Shown here: piece after piece, positions 34,836 through 44,777 of the stretch
How the letters are laid out: each line of letters begins with the position of its first letter
How positions within the stretch are numbered: the first letter of the stretch is position 1
Source: Chlamydiota bacterium
GTDB lineage: Bacteria > Chlamydiota > Chlamydiia > Chlamydiales > Rhabdochlamydiaceae
Direction of reading: 5' to 3'
Assembly: GCA_039798725.1 (NCBI GenBank)
Contig: JBDKFJ010000006.1
Location: 11,472-75,471 of the forward strand
Length of the DNA stretch: 64,000 bases
Made by a program: the position numbers and the translations under genes
Notes under the pieces: generated by a model
Databases searched by the model: none
What the model was told of the DNA's origin: nothing
What the model saw: the letters and a program-made list of their open reading frames with translations, nothing else

Positions 34836-36932
34836 ATGAAATTTCAACGCAAATCTATCAGTGTGTCTATCGCAGGACGCGAAATAATATTTGAAACAGG
34901 CAAAATTGCACGCCAAGCGGGCGGTTCAGTTGTTGTACGATCCGGAGACACCCTTCTACTGGCAACTGCATGTTCTGCCCCTCCTCCTGCAGATGATATC
35001 GATTTTCTTCCGTTGCGCGTTGATTACCAAGAGAAATTTTCTTCTGCCGGCAAAACACTCGGTGGATTTATTAAACGGGAAGGAAAACCGACAGAAAAAG
35101 ATGTACTTACATCTCGCCTAATTGACCGACCGATTCGCCCGATGTTTCCGGAAGGTTACTTTAATGAGGTACAGCTCCTAGCTTACGTATATTCTTATGA
35201 CGGCGTCCACTCTCCTGATGCTCTGGCTATTTGTGCCGCATCCGCTGCTCTTGTTCTCTCTGACATTCCCCTGTTAAAACCGATTGCGGGGGTACGCGTA
35301 GGCATGCTGGGTTCAGATTTTGTCATTAACCCCACTGTTGAGGAGCAAAAACGCTCCCGTTTAGACTTGATGATTGCAGGCACAGAAGATGCCATCTTGA
35401 TGATTGAAGGATACGCTGACTTTTTACCGGAAGAGACAATCCTTGCAGCCATTAATGAGGGGCACGCAGCGATTGCCAAGATCTGCACAGCTCTTAGTGA
35501 CTGGCAAAAAGAGATCGGCAAAGAAAAAGATCTGTCTCTTTTAAGACCCCTTTCAAAAGAACTCCTCGAAGAGATCAAAAAGACATCTTCTGAAAAAGTC
35601 CAGGCTGCTCTAAAAATTTCTGAGAAAGGAAAGAGGGAAGAGGCCATTGATGCAATAAAAGAAGAGTTAACGGCTCACTTTGAAAAGCAAGCCACCTATC
35701 CTGTTCATGAAGTCAAACGCGCCTTTAAAGAGATGCAGTCACACCTCATGCGTCAGATGATTCTAGATGAAAATAAACGCAGTGATGGTAGAGCTTGTAA
35801 CGAAATCCGACCGATTGATGTAGAATCATCCCTTCTTCCACGCACCCATGGAAGTGCTCTTTTTACAAGAGGAGAGACACAAGCTCTATGCGTATGTACG
35901 CTTGGCGGAGAGACAATGGGCCAAAGGGGAGAGAATCTCGATGGTGAATTTCTGAGTAGATTCTATCTGCAATACAGCTTCCCTCCATTTTCTGTTGGGG
36001 AAGTCGGTCGTATGGGTGCTCCCGGAAGACGAGAAGTGGGTCATGGCAAGCTTGCAGAGCGTGCGCTAGCTGCGACCATTCCTCATGCAGAGCATTTCCC
36101 CTACGTCATCCGACTAGAGTCGAATATCACAGAATCAAATGGGTCTTCTTCGATGGCCTCTGTTTGCGGTGGCTGTCTTGCCATGATGGATGCAGGGGTT
36201 CCCATCAAGCGTCCGATTGCCGGAATTGCGATGGGGTTGATCCTAGAAGAGGGGCGCTATGCTATTCTTTCCGATATCTTGGGCGTAGAGGATGCTCTGG
36301 GCGATATGGATTTCAAACTTACAGGAGATGCGCAAGGGATCACAGCATTCCAGCTTGATATCAAAGTGGAAGGGATCAATGCCCACATCATGCAAGTAGC
36401 GCTTGCCCAAGCCAAAGAAGGGCGCACTCACATCTTGAATAAGATGCTAGAGGCATGTCCCAAATCGAAAGAAAACCTCTCTTCCTATGCTCCTCGTATT
36501 GAAACCATGCAGATTAAGCCTAGCAAGATCGGTATTGTGATTGGGCCCGGAGGAAAACAGATCCGTGCGATTGTCGAGGAGACCGGCGCTCAGGTGGATA
36601 TTGATGACTCCGGACGTGTCAGCATCGCTTCCAACAATGCAGAAGGCATGAAGCGCGCAAAAGAAATCATCTTTAACCTAACGGCCGAAGTAGAAATTGG
36701 AAAAACCTATACAGGTCGCGTAGTTTCTATTGTACCGTTCGGCTGCTTTGTTGCTATCTTTGGCAAAGAGGGACTCTGCCATATTTCAGAGCTATCCCAC
36801 AGTCGCATTGCGAACGTGACAGACGTTGTTAAAGAAGGGCAAATGCTCGATGTTAAAGTCCTTGATGTCAATGACAGAGGACAAATCAAGCTCAGCCACA
36901 AAGCTCTTCTACCGGCACCCCAGCGCGGTTAA
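34836..36932 (+). CDS. pnp: polynucleotide phosphorylase
   Basis: 698 aa. It has two RNase PH-like halves plus C-terminal KH and S1 segments (…GKTYTGRVVSIVPFGCFVAIFGKEGLCHISEL). Confidence 0.95.
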   Translation: MKFQRKSISVSIAGREIIFETGKIARQAGGSVVVRSGDTLLLATACSAPPPADDIDFLPLRVDYQEKFSSAGKTLGGFIKREGKPTEKDVLTSRLIDRPIRPMFPEGYFNEVQLLAYVYSYDGVHSPDALAICAASAALVLSDIPLLKPIAGVRVGMLGSDFVINPTVEEQKRSRLDLMIAGTEDAILMIEGYADFLPEETILAAINEGHAAIAKICTALSDWQKEIGKEKDLSLLRPLSKELLEEIKKTSSEKVQAALKISEKGKREEAIDAIKEELTAHFEKQATYPVHEVKRAFKEMQSHLMRQMILDENKRSDGRACNEIRPIDVESSLLPRTHGSALFTRGETQALCVCTLGGETMGQRGENLDGEFLSRFYLQYSFPPFSVGEVGRMGAPGRREVGHGKLAERALAATIPHAEHFPYVIRLESNITESNGSSSMASVCGGCLAMMDAGVPIKRPIAGIAMGLILEEGRYAILSDILGVEDALGDMDFKLTGDAQGITAFQLDIKVEGINAHIMQVALAQAKEGRTHILNKMLEACPKSKENLSSYAPRIETMQIKPSKIGIVIGPGGKQIRAIVEETGAQVDIDDSGRVSIASNNAEGMKRAKEIIFNLTAEVEIGKTYTGRVVSIVPFGCFVAIFGKEGLCHISELSHSRIANVTDVVKEGQMLDVKVLDVNDRGQIKLSHKALLPAPQRG

Positions 36933-36941
36933 TCTTCAAGT

Positions 36942-36967
36942 AGACCTCTCTTTATCAAGAGAGGTCT
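36942..36967 (+). terminator. hairpin downstream of pnp
   Basis: agacctctct-ttatca-agagaggtct (10-bp stem). The T-tail is weak (cttcccttt). Confidence 0.4.
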
Positions 36968-37153
36968 CTTCCCTTTAAGATCCCGTTCATCAAACAGTAC
37001 TATTTATTAATTTTATTACAACCCACTACCTGTGAAATACTTAACACATTCACAAATCACGCATCAAAAAACCAACCTGATATAATTCCATTTAAAAATA
37101 GAATTTCATTCGATTTTATAATAGAATTGCATTTTTAAAATCACATAAATCAC

Positions 37154-37936
37154 ATGTCACATCTTGCCAGCTATAGTTCAATTATAAAACCCCTTACAAT
37201 AGCAGCAGTTCTCACAGGTGCATGTGTTACCTGCTACTATATAGAGTCCTATATTGCCCATCGAAATGAAAAGGCTTTGAATGCCCTATTAGATAACTGG
37301 ATGAATGACCCCAAGGCAGAAGGCAACAAGGAAGAAGCTAAACACAGGATTCTTGAGGCATTTCTTACTAGAAATACTAGCCTGGATTTAAAAGATCTTG
37401 CTCTTACAGAGCTTCCTATCGATGCTCTTACTTACCTCACAGAGCTAACCAGTCTTGATCTGTTTCACAATCAACTCCGCTCGATTGATGGTCTTTCAAA
37501 GCTCACTCGGCTCAGATACCTGCACGTATCGGATAACAAGCTCCGCTCGGTTGACAATCTTTCAAATCTCACACAGCTAGAGAGTCTCAGCCTAAGTAAT
37601 AATGAGATCGACTCAGTTGATTTTTCAAAGCTCACTCAGCTCAGACGATTGTACCTATCGCGTAACCAGCTCAGATCCCTTGATCTTTCAAACCTCACTC
37701 AGCTAAACATTCTCATGCTCTCTAGTAACCGGCTCTGCTCGGTGGATCTTTCAAAGCTCACGCAGCTCGAATTTCTACACCTACAGCGTAACCAGCTCAG
37801 TTCCGTTGATCTTTCAAAGCTCACGCGACTAAGAGGGCTCTACCTCTTGCCTAACCCACTCCGGTCTGTTGACCTTTCACACAAACCCGAGACGACCGAT
37901 TTGCAATCCTTCTTTGACTTCTTGGGAAAAAATTAA
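37154..37936 (+). CDS. N-terminally TM-anchored leucine-rich-repeat protein (7 x 22-aa LRRs)
   Basis: TM helix IIKPLTIAAVLTGACVTCYYI. Cap-like segment LDNWMNDPKAEGNKEEAKHRILEAFLTRNTSLDLKDLALTELP. Tandem 66-bp units follow, encoding L(S/T)(K/N)LTQL..L.LS.NQLRSVD (nt ~37379-37879). Confidence 0.8.
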   Translation: MSHLASYSSIIKPLTIAAVLTGACVTCYYIESYIAHRNEKALNALLDNWMNDPKAEGNKEEAKHRILEAFLTRNTSLDLKDLALTELPIDALTYLTELTSLDLFHNQLRSIDGLSKLTRLRYLHVSDNKLRSVDNLSNLTQLESLSLSNNEIDSVDFSKLTQLRRLYLSRNQLRSLDLSNLTQLNILMLSSNRLCSVDLSKLTQLEFLHLQRNQLSSVDLSKLTRLRGLYLLPNPLRSVDLSHKPETTDLQSFFDFLGKN

Positions 37937-37943
37937 AACCCAG

Positions 37944-37978
37944 TATAGTCGATTAAAGCTAAAGTTTAATCGACTATA
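37944..37978. terminator. 14-bp-stem hairpin between convergent LRR gene and ftsH; member of the tatagtcgattaa repeat family
   Basis: tatagtcgattaaa-gctaaag-tttaatcgactata. The same 13-14-mer occurs at 22208-22220 and 51242-51255. Confidence 0.5.
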
Positions 37979-38001
37979 GAGGGCAATAGATCTGATCACC
38001 C

Positions 38002-40743
38002 CTAGATTTGTTGAGGGGTGGGGGTGTCGATAATGCCTGAGTGAGTGTTATTAGATGCGTCAGGTGCTGTAGGAGCCTTGCGCTGTTTTTCTTCGGAGGC
38101 TTTTAGGCGCTGCCGCTTATTTTCAACAGTAAAGGTATTATTCATGATCTCCAAGACATCGTCTTTGTCCAGCGATTCGAATTCCATGAGCATCTGCGTC
38201 ATTTGCTCTACTTGGGCCTTATGACCGTTTACGATCTCACGCGCTTTATTTAGTGCCTCATCCATTAAACTGCGCACTTGCTTATCGATTTCTTTGGCAG
38301 TCTCTTCTGAGTAGTTCTTTTCTTGGAACCCTTGACCCCCTAGATACTGCCCTCCTTCTGAGCGCTCATCATAAGCAACCGTCCCAAGCTCATCACTCAT
38401 ACCCCACTCACAAACCATACTGCGAACAAGACGGGTTGCCTGGGTAATATCCATTTGCGCACCACTCGAGATATCTCCAACAAAAATCTCTTCCGCTACA
38501 CGCCCTCCCATAAGAACAGCCAGGCGATCTAAAAGCTCTGCCTTCCAGTAGCTCAGGCGATTTTTTTTGGGCATAAAGTGAGTCGCTCCCAAAGAAAGAC
38601 CTCTGGGGATAATGGTCACTTTTTCCACAGGATCGGCCTGTTTTACACAAAGGGCAACCACTGCATGACCGGACTCGTGATAAGCTGTTGTAAGCTTCTC
38701 ATTTTGATCCAGTTCAAGACTTCTACGCTCTTTTCCATAGCGCACTTTATCACACGCCTCTGCAGCTTCTATAGAAGTCACGGCCATTCTCCCTTTACGA
38801 GCAGCAGACAGAGCTGCTTCATTAAGGATATTCATCAGGTCCGCACCGGAAGCACCCGGAGTGTTACGCGCAATATTCATTAGGTCAACAGAAGGATCTA
38901 GCTTAATTTTACGGGCATGAACTTTTAAAATCTCATAACGCCCTTTCACATCCGGCAGGTCAATCACAATACGGCGGTCAAATCTTCCAGGACGCAAAAG
39001 CGCTTTGTCAAGGACATCCGGGCGGTTAGTTGCAGCAATCAGGATGACCCCTTCATTCGTATCAAATCCGTCCATTTCAACCAGAAGCTGGTTCAGGGTC
39101 TGCTCTCTTTCATCATGACCACCACCAATACCAGAACCGCGGTGACGACCTACAGCATCAATCTCATCGATAAAAATGATGCAAGGCGCTTGCTTTTTTG
39201 CCTGGTCAAATAGATCTCGAATACGAGAAGCTCCCACCCCTACAAACATCTCCACAAAGTCAGAGCCCGAGATGAAAAAGAAGGGACGATCCGCTTCTCC
39301 TGCAATCGCTTTGGCAACAAGCGTCTTACCTGTTCCCGGAGCTCCCACCATTAACACCCCTTTAGGAATACGAGCTCCAAGAGCCGTAAACTTAGAGGGA
39401 TCTTTTAAAAAATCTACAATCTCTTGCAATTCTTCCTTCGCTTCATCACAGCCGGCTACATCTTTAAAGGTAATTTTATTCTTCTCTTTTGTCAGCATCT
39501 TAGCCGGAGATTTGCCAAAATTCATCGCATTGCCACCCACCCCTTTCATCTGGCGAGAAAAGACAAAGTAGAGAAGAAGGACAACAAAAATGACAGGGAG
39601 GAAAGTGAATAAATAGCTCAAGTAATTAGGAGATGGCTCTTCACTCTTAAAAGTTTTCTCTAAAACAAGATTGCGAGGCTGGTCAGGAGCGCGGAATGCC
39701 GCAAGGCGGTTGGCGGGAAAATTATTCCACTCTTGCTGGGCCTGGGCAAACCAATGGGCATAGGCTTCAGGGTCCTGTTTTTCTAAAGCTTTTGTAGACA
39801 ACTCTTGGTTGTTAAAAAACCAGGTGACATTGGCCACCGATTGCCTTGCTTTATCTAATTGAGCTCCATTCTTTTCAACCTCTTCATTCACATAACCAAG
39901 TCGCTCTAATTGGGCTTTATAAGTTCTTACGCTTCTTAGAGCTACAAGTCGGACATTCTGTTCCTGAGTATTGAGCTCCCCTGCGATTTCACTCAAGCGT
40001 TCTAATGTTTGCTTATAAACAACAAGCTGTTCTTCAGAACTTTTACCTTCCTCTAAAACAGCCATGACTGAGCCGTTCAAACTTTTAAGCTGTTCCTTAA
40101 GAGTCTCAGAACCTACACCAAGCGCTGGCGAACGAAAACGATCTATTAGGACAAGCAGATCTCTTCCAAAAGAAGAGACTGCTGTACCGTTGGAAGAAGA
40201 AAGAGTGCTATACAGCTTTTGTAGATCGACTAAGCTGGAAATTTCTTGGTCAGGCTTAGGTCTTACAACAATCGCGTTATCTTCGGTGGCTGTATTATAG
40301 ATAGAATCTACAACCACATACCCACCCTTAGGAACACTTTGTCCTGTAAGGGTTAAGAATAGTTCTGCAGCTTCTTTGGCCTGTGCTCTAGAGGCGCTGA
40401 TCCCATTTTCTAAGTCAAGTTGTTCAGAATTCAGCTCATGAGAACGGTTGAGCAGCTCCAAATAGCGATACCTCTGCTTGGCATCGTCTGTCTGTTTATC
40501 TTTGAATTTACCGCTAAAAGAGACGAGGTTGTCATTGAGAGCCACTTTTCGACTCTCATCCTTTTGGAGAAGATCTAAATTTACCAGATGTTCGAGCTGA
40601 TAGCTGAAGGCTACCTTTGCTCTTTTCTCATGGGAGAGGTTCTGTACTGTGAGGATTACAAGGACAATCGCGAGCAGCAGAACAAGAAAACCACCCGGAA
40701 AGCCTTTTTTGTTTGGATCTGGCTTCATATCGTCATCGCCCAT
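38002..40743 (-). CDS. ftsH: ATP-dependent zinc metalloprotease FtsH (long chlamydial-type extracytoplasmic insert)
   Basis: Walker [10 protein letters not shown], Walker [15 protein letters not shown] (HESGHAV). 913 aa, with ~330 aa between the two TM helices. Confidence 0.95.
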   Translation of the reverse strand: MGDDDMKPDPNKKGFPGGFLVLLLAIVLVILTVQNLSHEKRAKVAFSYQLEHLVNLDLLQKDESRKVALNDNLVSFSGKFKDKQTDDAKQRYRYLELLNRSHELNSEQLDLENGISASRAQAKEAAELFLTLTGQSVPKGGYVVVDSIYNTATEDNAIVVRPKPDQEISSLVDLQKLYSTLSSSNGTAVSSFGRDLLVLIDRFRSPALGVGSETLKEQLKSLNGSVMAVLEEGKSSEEQLVVYKQTLERLSEIAGELNTQEQNVRLVALRSVRTYKAQLERLGYVNEEVEKNGAQLDKARQSVANVTWFFNNQELSTKALEKQDPEAYAHWFAQAQQEWNNFPANRLAAFRAPDQPRNLVLEKTFKSEEPSPNYLSYLFTFLPVIFVVLLLYFVFSRQMKGVGGNAMNFGKSPAKMLTKEKNKITFKDVAGCDEAKEELQEIVDFLKDPSKFTALGARIPKGVLMVGAPGTGKTLVAKAIAGEADRPFFFISGSDFVEMFVGVGASRIRDLFDQAKKQAPCIIFIDEIDAVGRHRGSGIGGGHDEREQTLNQLLVEMDGFDTNEGVILIAATNRPDVLDKALLRPGRFDRRIVIDLPDVKGRYEILKVHARKIKLDPSVDLMNIARNTPGASGADLMNILNEAALSAARKGRMAVTSIEAAEACDKVRYGKERRSLELDQNEKLTTAYHESGHAVVALCVKQADPVEKVTIIPRGLSLGATHFMPKKNRLSYWKAELLDRLAVLMGGRVAEEIFVGDISSGAQMDITQATRLVRSMVCEWGMSDELGTVAYDERSEGGQYLGGQGFQEKNYSEETAKEIDKQVRSLMDEALNKAREIVNGHKAQVEQMTQMLMEFESLDKDDVLEIMNNTFTVENKRQRLKASEEKQRKAPTAPDASNNTHSGIIDTPTPQQI

Positions 40744-40876
40744 AAGGTTTTGTCTTTCCCAATTGTTAGATTAAAACACTCGGTCGGCATTAAAGTAAAG
40801 GGGGCAAAACGCCGACTCTTCAGTTTCTTCATCCTATCAGACAAAATATTAATTTGTCATGAAAAATTGAAAAAGA

Positions 40877-41791
40877 CTAATCCTTTATATAGATAATTCC
40901 ATTCTTAATTTTAAGATTAATAGACCCTGAAATTAACTCGCCATTCTTTTTATTTAACAATAAATCGACTGCAGCAAATAAAGAATCCCGAGATAAAAAA
41001 AGACCTCTCCTATCAAGCCACTGTTGAATCAGATACCTTACTTGTAATGCAGGCAAAGCCGGATCTACTAATAGCTTATCTCCCTGCTCTTGAATAAAGG
41101 GCAAATTTATCTGATGAAAATAACTCCTCACACTTTCTGCTTCATCGGCCAGAAAACACAGGTTAGAAGCAATCTGCTTACCAAAAGCCTTCGTTAGCAT
41201 AGGAATCATCTCCGCACGCATCCTGCCGCGCAAGAAACGGGGATCACTATTTGTGGGATCTTGGAAGTAAGAAACTCCTTCTATTTCTAGCCAGCGAGTA
41301 ATCTTCTTTTTAGAAAAAGGAATCAGAGGCCTTAAAAGGCGCATCCCTTCCATTTCCGTCTCTTCTCCAAAAGCTCCAAGACGAAGAAAAGGGGCCCCCT
41401 CAAATAACCGTTTCAATACCACTTCAGCCCGATCATCGGCATGGTGTCCCATAAATAGCCCCATTGCACCCACTTTCGTGTAAATTTCCTTTAGAAACGC
41501 AAGGCGCATAAGACGTGCTTTCTCCTCCCAATTCCCCTCCCCAAAACATTCTAACCTTTTTGAATAGAATGGGATACGCAATGACTCTACTTCTTTTTTC
41601 AACTCATCTGCTTCCGCAGAACTCTCTTCCCTCCACCCATGATCTAGGTGCGCCACATACAGTGGCCCTCGATGAACTCGATGCAGTAACATGAGAAGAG
41701 CCTTTGAATCGGGGCCTCCGGAGCAAGCAAGAAGTATCGGAGCTCCGATAAGCTCCTTTCTCAGAAGAAATTTCTTTAGATGCGCAATCAT
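40877..41791 (-). CDS. tilS: tRNA(Ile)-lysidine synthase
   Basis: PP-loop LLACSGGPDSKAL. It lies directly upstream of ftsH, which is conserved synteny. Confidence 0.85.
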   Translation of the reverse strand: MIAHLKKFLLRKELIGAPILLACSGGPDSKALLMLLHRVHRGPLYVAHLDHGWREESSAEADELKKEVESLRIPFYSKRLECFGEGNWEEKARLMRLAFLKEIYTKVGAMGLFMGHHADDRAEVVLKRLFEGAPFLRLGAFGEETEMEGMRLLRPLIPFSKKKITRWLEIEGVSYFQDPTNSDPRFLRGRMRAEMIPMLTKAFGKQIASNLCFLADEAESVRSYFHQINLPFIQEQGDKLLVDPALPALQVRYLIQQWLDRRGLFLSRDSLFAAVDLLLNKKNGELISGSINLKIKNGIIYIKD

Positions 41792-41841
41792 GCCGGCTAT
41801 TGTACACCGTTTCTCCCTTTTGAAAATAGGGCAAACACGCT

Positions 41842-42951
41842 ATGATATCGAAGGTTATGATTCCTTTAGTATGGCGCTATCTTAGTCGCAGCTACTTCCA
41901 AACGTTCTTCCTCTCCCTATGCGCTTTTGTAGGGGTACTTATCGTTATGCGCCTACAGGAGATTGCCCGCTTTGCTACCTCCGGAGCCAGCCCCCTAAAA
42001 GTTGTTCTTTTTGCACTTTTTCAGGTCCCCTATATCTTACCTATCGCTATCCCGATTTCTTGCCTCATCGCCACCTTGATCCTTTTTCATCGCCTGAGTT
42101 TTTCCCATGAACTCACAGCCCTTCGTTCTTCAGGATTCAGCCTAAAAAATATTCGAGCCCCGCTTATCTACATAGCAACCCTGCTCTCCCTTGCCAACTT
42201 CACAATCGCCTCAGAACTATCTCCCCGCTGTAAAGCTCTTTCAAAAGAGCTAATCTTTGATCTAGTGAAGACCAACCCCCTGTTCCCTCTTCAGAGAGAC
42301 AGCCTAGTAAAGCTCAAAAAAGCGTATTACCATATCGGGAACCTAAAAGATAATACCTCCGCTCAAGATGTGCTTCTTGTCACCAAAAGTCGGTCAAATA
42401 ATGCCATGACACTCCTCTTTGCCAAAGATCTGCATATCGAAGGAGAATGGGTCAAAGGAAACCAACTAGCCTTCATCTCAAGCATGGATGCCAAAAAAGA
42501 GGGTTTTGGCCATCTAATCATTGAAAATCAGCATGAAATGCAGATACAAGCACAATCCTTAAGTCAATTTCTACAAAAAGTTGACAACTCAATGCATTCT
42601 GACTACTTGTCACTTCATGAACTTGTTGCCTATGGCATTGCAAAAAAAGGATCCCCTCTTTTATGCAGAGATGTTCTTTTTGAAATTACAAGGCGCATCT
42701 CTTTGGGTCTTTCCCCTCTGACTTTAACTCTTCTGGGGATCGCTTTTGGCATTCAGATTGGGCGCTCCTCATCGAGAACCGGTTTACTCAAAGCAGCTCT
42801 TTTAACAGCACTGCTACTCAGCTGCTTTATCGCTGCTAAATCATTTGAAAAAATGCAAATTGTAGCACTCACTATCTTCCTTATCCCCCACCCTCTTTTA
42901 GCAAGTCTATCTCTACTAAAACTTAAAAAAGTAGATCAGGGGGTTGAATGA
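41842..42951 (+). CDS. LptF/LptG-family (YjgP/YjgQ) LPS export permease
   Basis: N-terminus …LVWRYLSRSYFQTFFLSLCAFVGVLIVMRLQEI. 6-TM layout with a large central loop. 369 aa. Confidence 0.8.
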   Translation: MISKVMIPLVWRYLSRSYFQTFFLSLCAFVGVLIVMRLQEIARFATSGASPLKVVLFALFQVPYILPIAIPISCLIATLILFHRLSFSHELTALRSSGFSLKNIRAPLIYIATLLSLANFTIASELSPRCKALSKELIFDLVKTNPLFPLQRDSLVKLKKAYYHIGNLKDNTSAQDVLLVTKSRSNNAMTLLFAKDLHIEGEWVKGNQLAFISSMDAKKEGFGHLIIENQHEMQIQAQSLSQFLQKVDNSMHSDYLSLHELVAYGIAKKGSPLLCRDVLFEITRRISLGLSPLTLTLLGIAFGIQIGRSSSRTGLLKAALLTALLLSCFIAAKSFEKMQIVALTIFLIPHPLLASLSLLKLKKVDQGVE

Positions 42952-44030
42952 GCAGCTTTCTTTGGCAAAAATACATCTTTAAAGAAGCCCTGAAAACTTT
43001 TTGCTTTATTTTACTCTCCCTGTTTTTTCTTTATGCACTGATCGACTACTCGCTCCACATGCAAGATTTTGTTCTAGATAAAAAACTACAACTCCAACAT
43101 CTGATTGCCTATTACTCCTCACAGTTTATCAAACGACAAGAGCTCCTAATACCCTTATCCCTTCTTATGACCACTCTAAAGGTTCTTTTCGGGATGAATA
43201 TGAAAGGAGAACTCATCGCACTGCAAGCATCAGGGATCTCTAAACGCGCCATCGTAAAACCCTTGCTGCTATTTGCTGTGGGATGCTCCCTCTTTAACCT
43301 CATTGCAACAGAATTTTTTCTACCCCACAGCCTCAACACACTGGATAAATTTCGCTATGAACATTTCAAACACGCTTCCAAACAAGCAGAAAAACCGGTC
43401 CATGTACTGACCTTAAAGGACCGCTCGAAGCTTGTCTTTGGAAGAGAGGATAAACCCTTACAAACCTATTACGACGTCTTTTGGATCCGCTCTTCTCAAG
43501 AAATTTGGCATATGCAGACCCTGAATTTAAATGCAGAAAAACCGGTAGGATCTTATGTCGATCTCCTTAGAAGTAACGATAAGGGGATCTTTCAAAAAGT
43601 AGACTCCTTTAATTCTTATGCATTTAAATTTCGCTTTGAAATTGACGCAACAGGAAGAGGGGAAATCCCTCTGGAGAACCAATCCATTTCCTCTCTGATT
43701 AAGTTATTTGCCCATAGAGATTCGTTATCTGCTTATGAATATCCCCAAGCACTAACACAACTGCTCTTTAAGCTCGTTACTCCCTTGCTCCCACTACTTG
43801 TAGTTCTTAGCAGCGCTCCTTTTTGCTTGACCTACACAAGATCCCATCCCCTTTTTGCAACCTATGCACTTGCTCTTTTTGGTTTTATTGCCCTCTTTGC
43901 ACTCCTTGATGCGGCTGTGATCCTTGCAGAAAATTTAACGCTCTCTCCCTATGTTGCCGTTTTGACACCCATAGCGCTCCTTTTTACCCTTACCTTCTTT
44001 CAATATCAACGTCGAGTCATTCGCCTATGA
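42948..44030 (+). CDS. LptF/LptG-family (YjgP/YjgQ) LPS export permease, second paralog
   Basis: ATGA overlap with the upstream permease. N-terminus LWQKYIFKEALKTFCFILLSLFFLYALIDY. 360 aa. Confidence 0.8.
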   Translation: MSSFLWQKYIFKEALKTFCFILLSLFFLYALIDYSLHMQDFVLDKKLQLQHLIAYYSSQFIKRQELLIPLSLLMTTLKVLFGMNMKGELIALQASGISKRAIVKPLLLFAVGCSLFNLIATEFFLPHSLNTLDKFRYEHFKHASKQAEKPVHVLTLKDRSKLVFGREDKPLQTYYDVFWIRSSQEIWHMQTLNLNAEKPVGSYVDLLRSNDKGIFQKVDSFNSYAFKFRFEIDATGRGEIPLENQSISSLIKLFAHRDSLSAYEYPQALTQLLFKLVTPLLPLLVVLSSAPFCLTYTRSHPLFATYALALFGFIALFALLDAAVILAENLTLSPYVAVLTPIALLFTLTFFQYQRRVIRL

Positions 44031-44752
44031 AAACTATCCCCTTCTTTTTATCCCATCTACTCGCCGCCCTCCTCCTATTTACCCTCTTCTGGCCCCCTTC
44101 TCATGCTCTGTGGCAAACAGTAGATATTGCCCTGTTTAAATGGCTTAACTCCTCTTTACAAGACCGCCCTCTATGGCAGCTTTTTTGGGCATGCGCTAAC
44201 CATAAGCTAGCGGATTGGGTCGAAGACATCTGCATCCTTACCTTCTTCATTATTCATGTCCGATCCTTTCCTTCCTTTATCCGTCCTCGTAAAATAGCGG
44301 AACTCTTATTCTGTGTTCTCTATATTGCCGCTATCCTCTACTTCATCAACCGCCTCCTCTTTCGCGAACATCTGGAAATTCCACGCATCAGCCCCACTCT
44401 CCTCTTGCAAGACACCGTGCGTCTTTCCCATGAAATCCCTTGGCTTTCCATCAAAGACACCTCATCTAATAGTTTCCCCGGCGACCATGCAACAACCGCG
44501 CTGCTCTTTGCGACCTTCTTGTCGATCTTGGCCTCAAGAAAAATGGCCATCTGCGCCATTTTATATGGTATTTTCCTCTGCCTTCCTCGTTTGATCACAG
44601 GAGCTCACTGGTTTTCCGATATCTTTGTAGGCAGTGGTGCCATTGTTCTTATCACAACAAGCTGGGCTTTCTTTACCCCCTTCTTCTCGGGTTGCACAAA
44701 GCTCCTAGAGAAGCCCCTCTTCAAGCTTGCCAAGAGAGATGTAAAAGCATAA
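44027..44752 (+). CDS. PAP2-family membrane phosphatase
   Basis: PGDH (PSGH variant) and RLITGAHWFSD (RX5HX3D). Multi-TM. ATGA overlap with the upstream permease gene. Confidence 0.7.
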   Translation: MKTIPFFLSHLLAALLLFTLFWPPSHALWQTVDIALFKWLNSSLQDRPLWQLFWACANHKLADWVEDICILTFFIIHVRSFPSFIRPRKIAELLFCVLYIAAILYFINRLLFREHLEIPRISPTLLLQDTVRLSHEIPWLSIKDTSSNSFPGDHATTALLFATFLSILASRKMAICAILYGIFLCLPRLITGAHWFSDIFVGSGAIVLITTSWAFFTPFFSGCTKLLEKPLFKLAKRDVKA

Positions 44753-44777
44753 ACTCCCAAATCAAGGGAGATTATCT

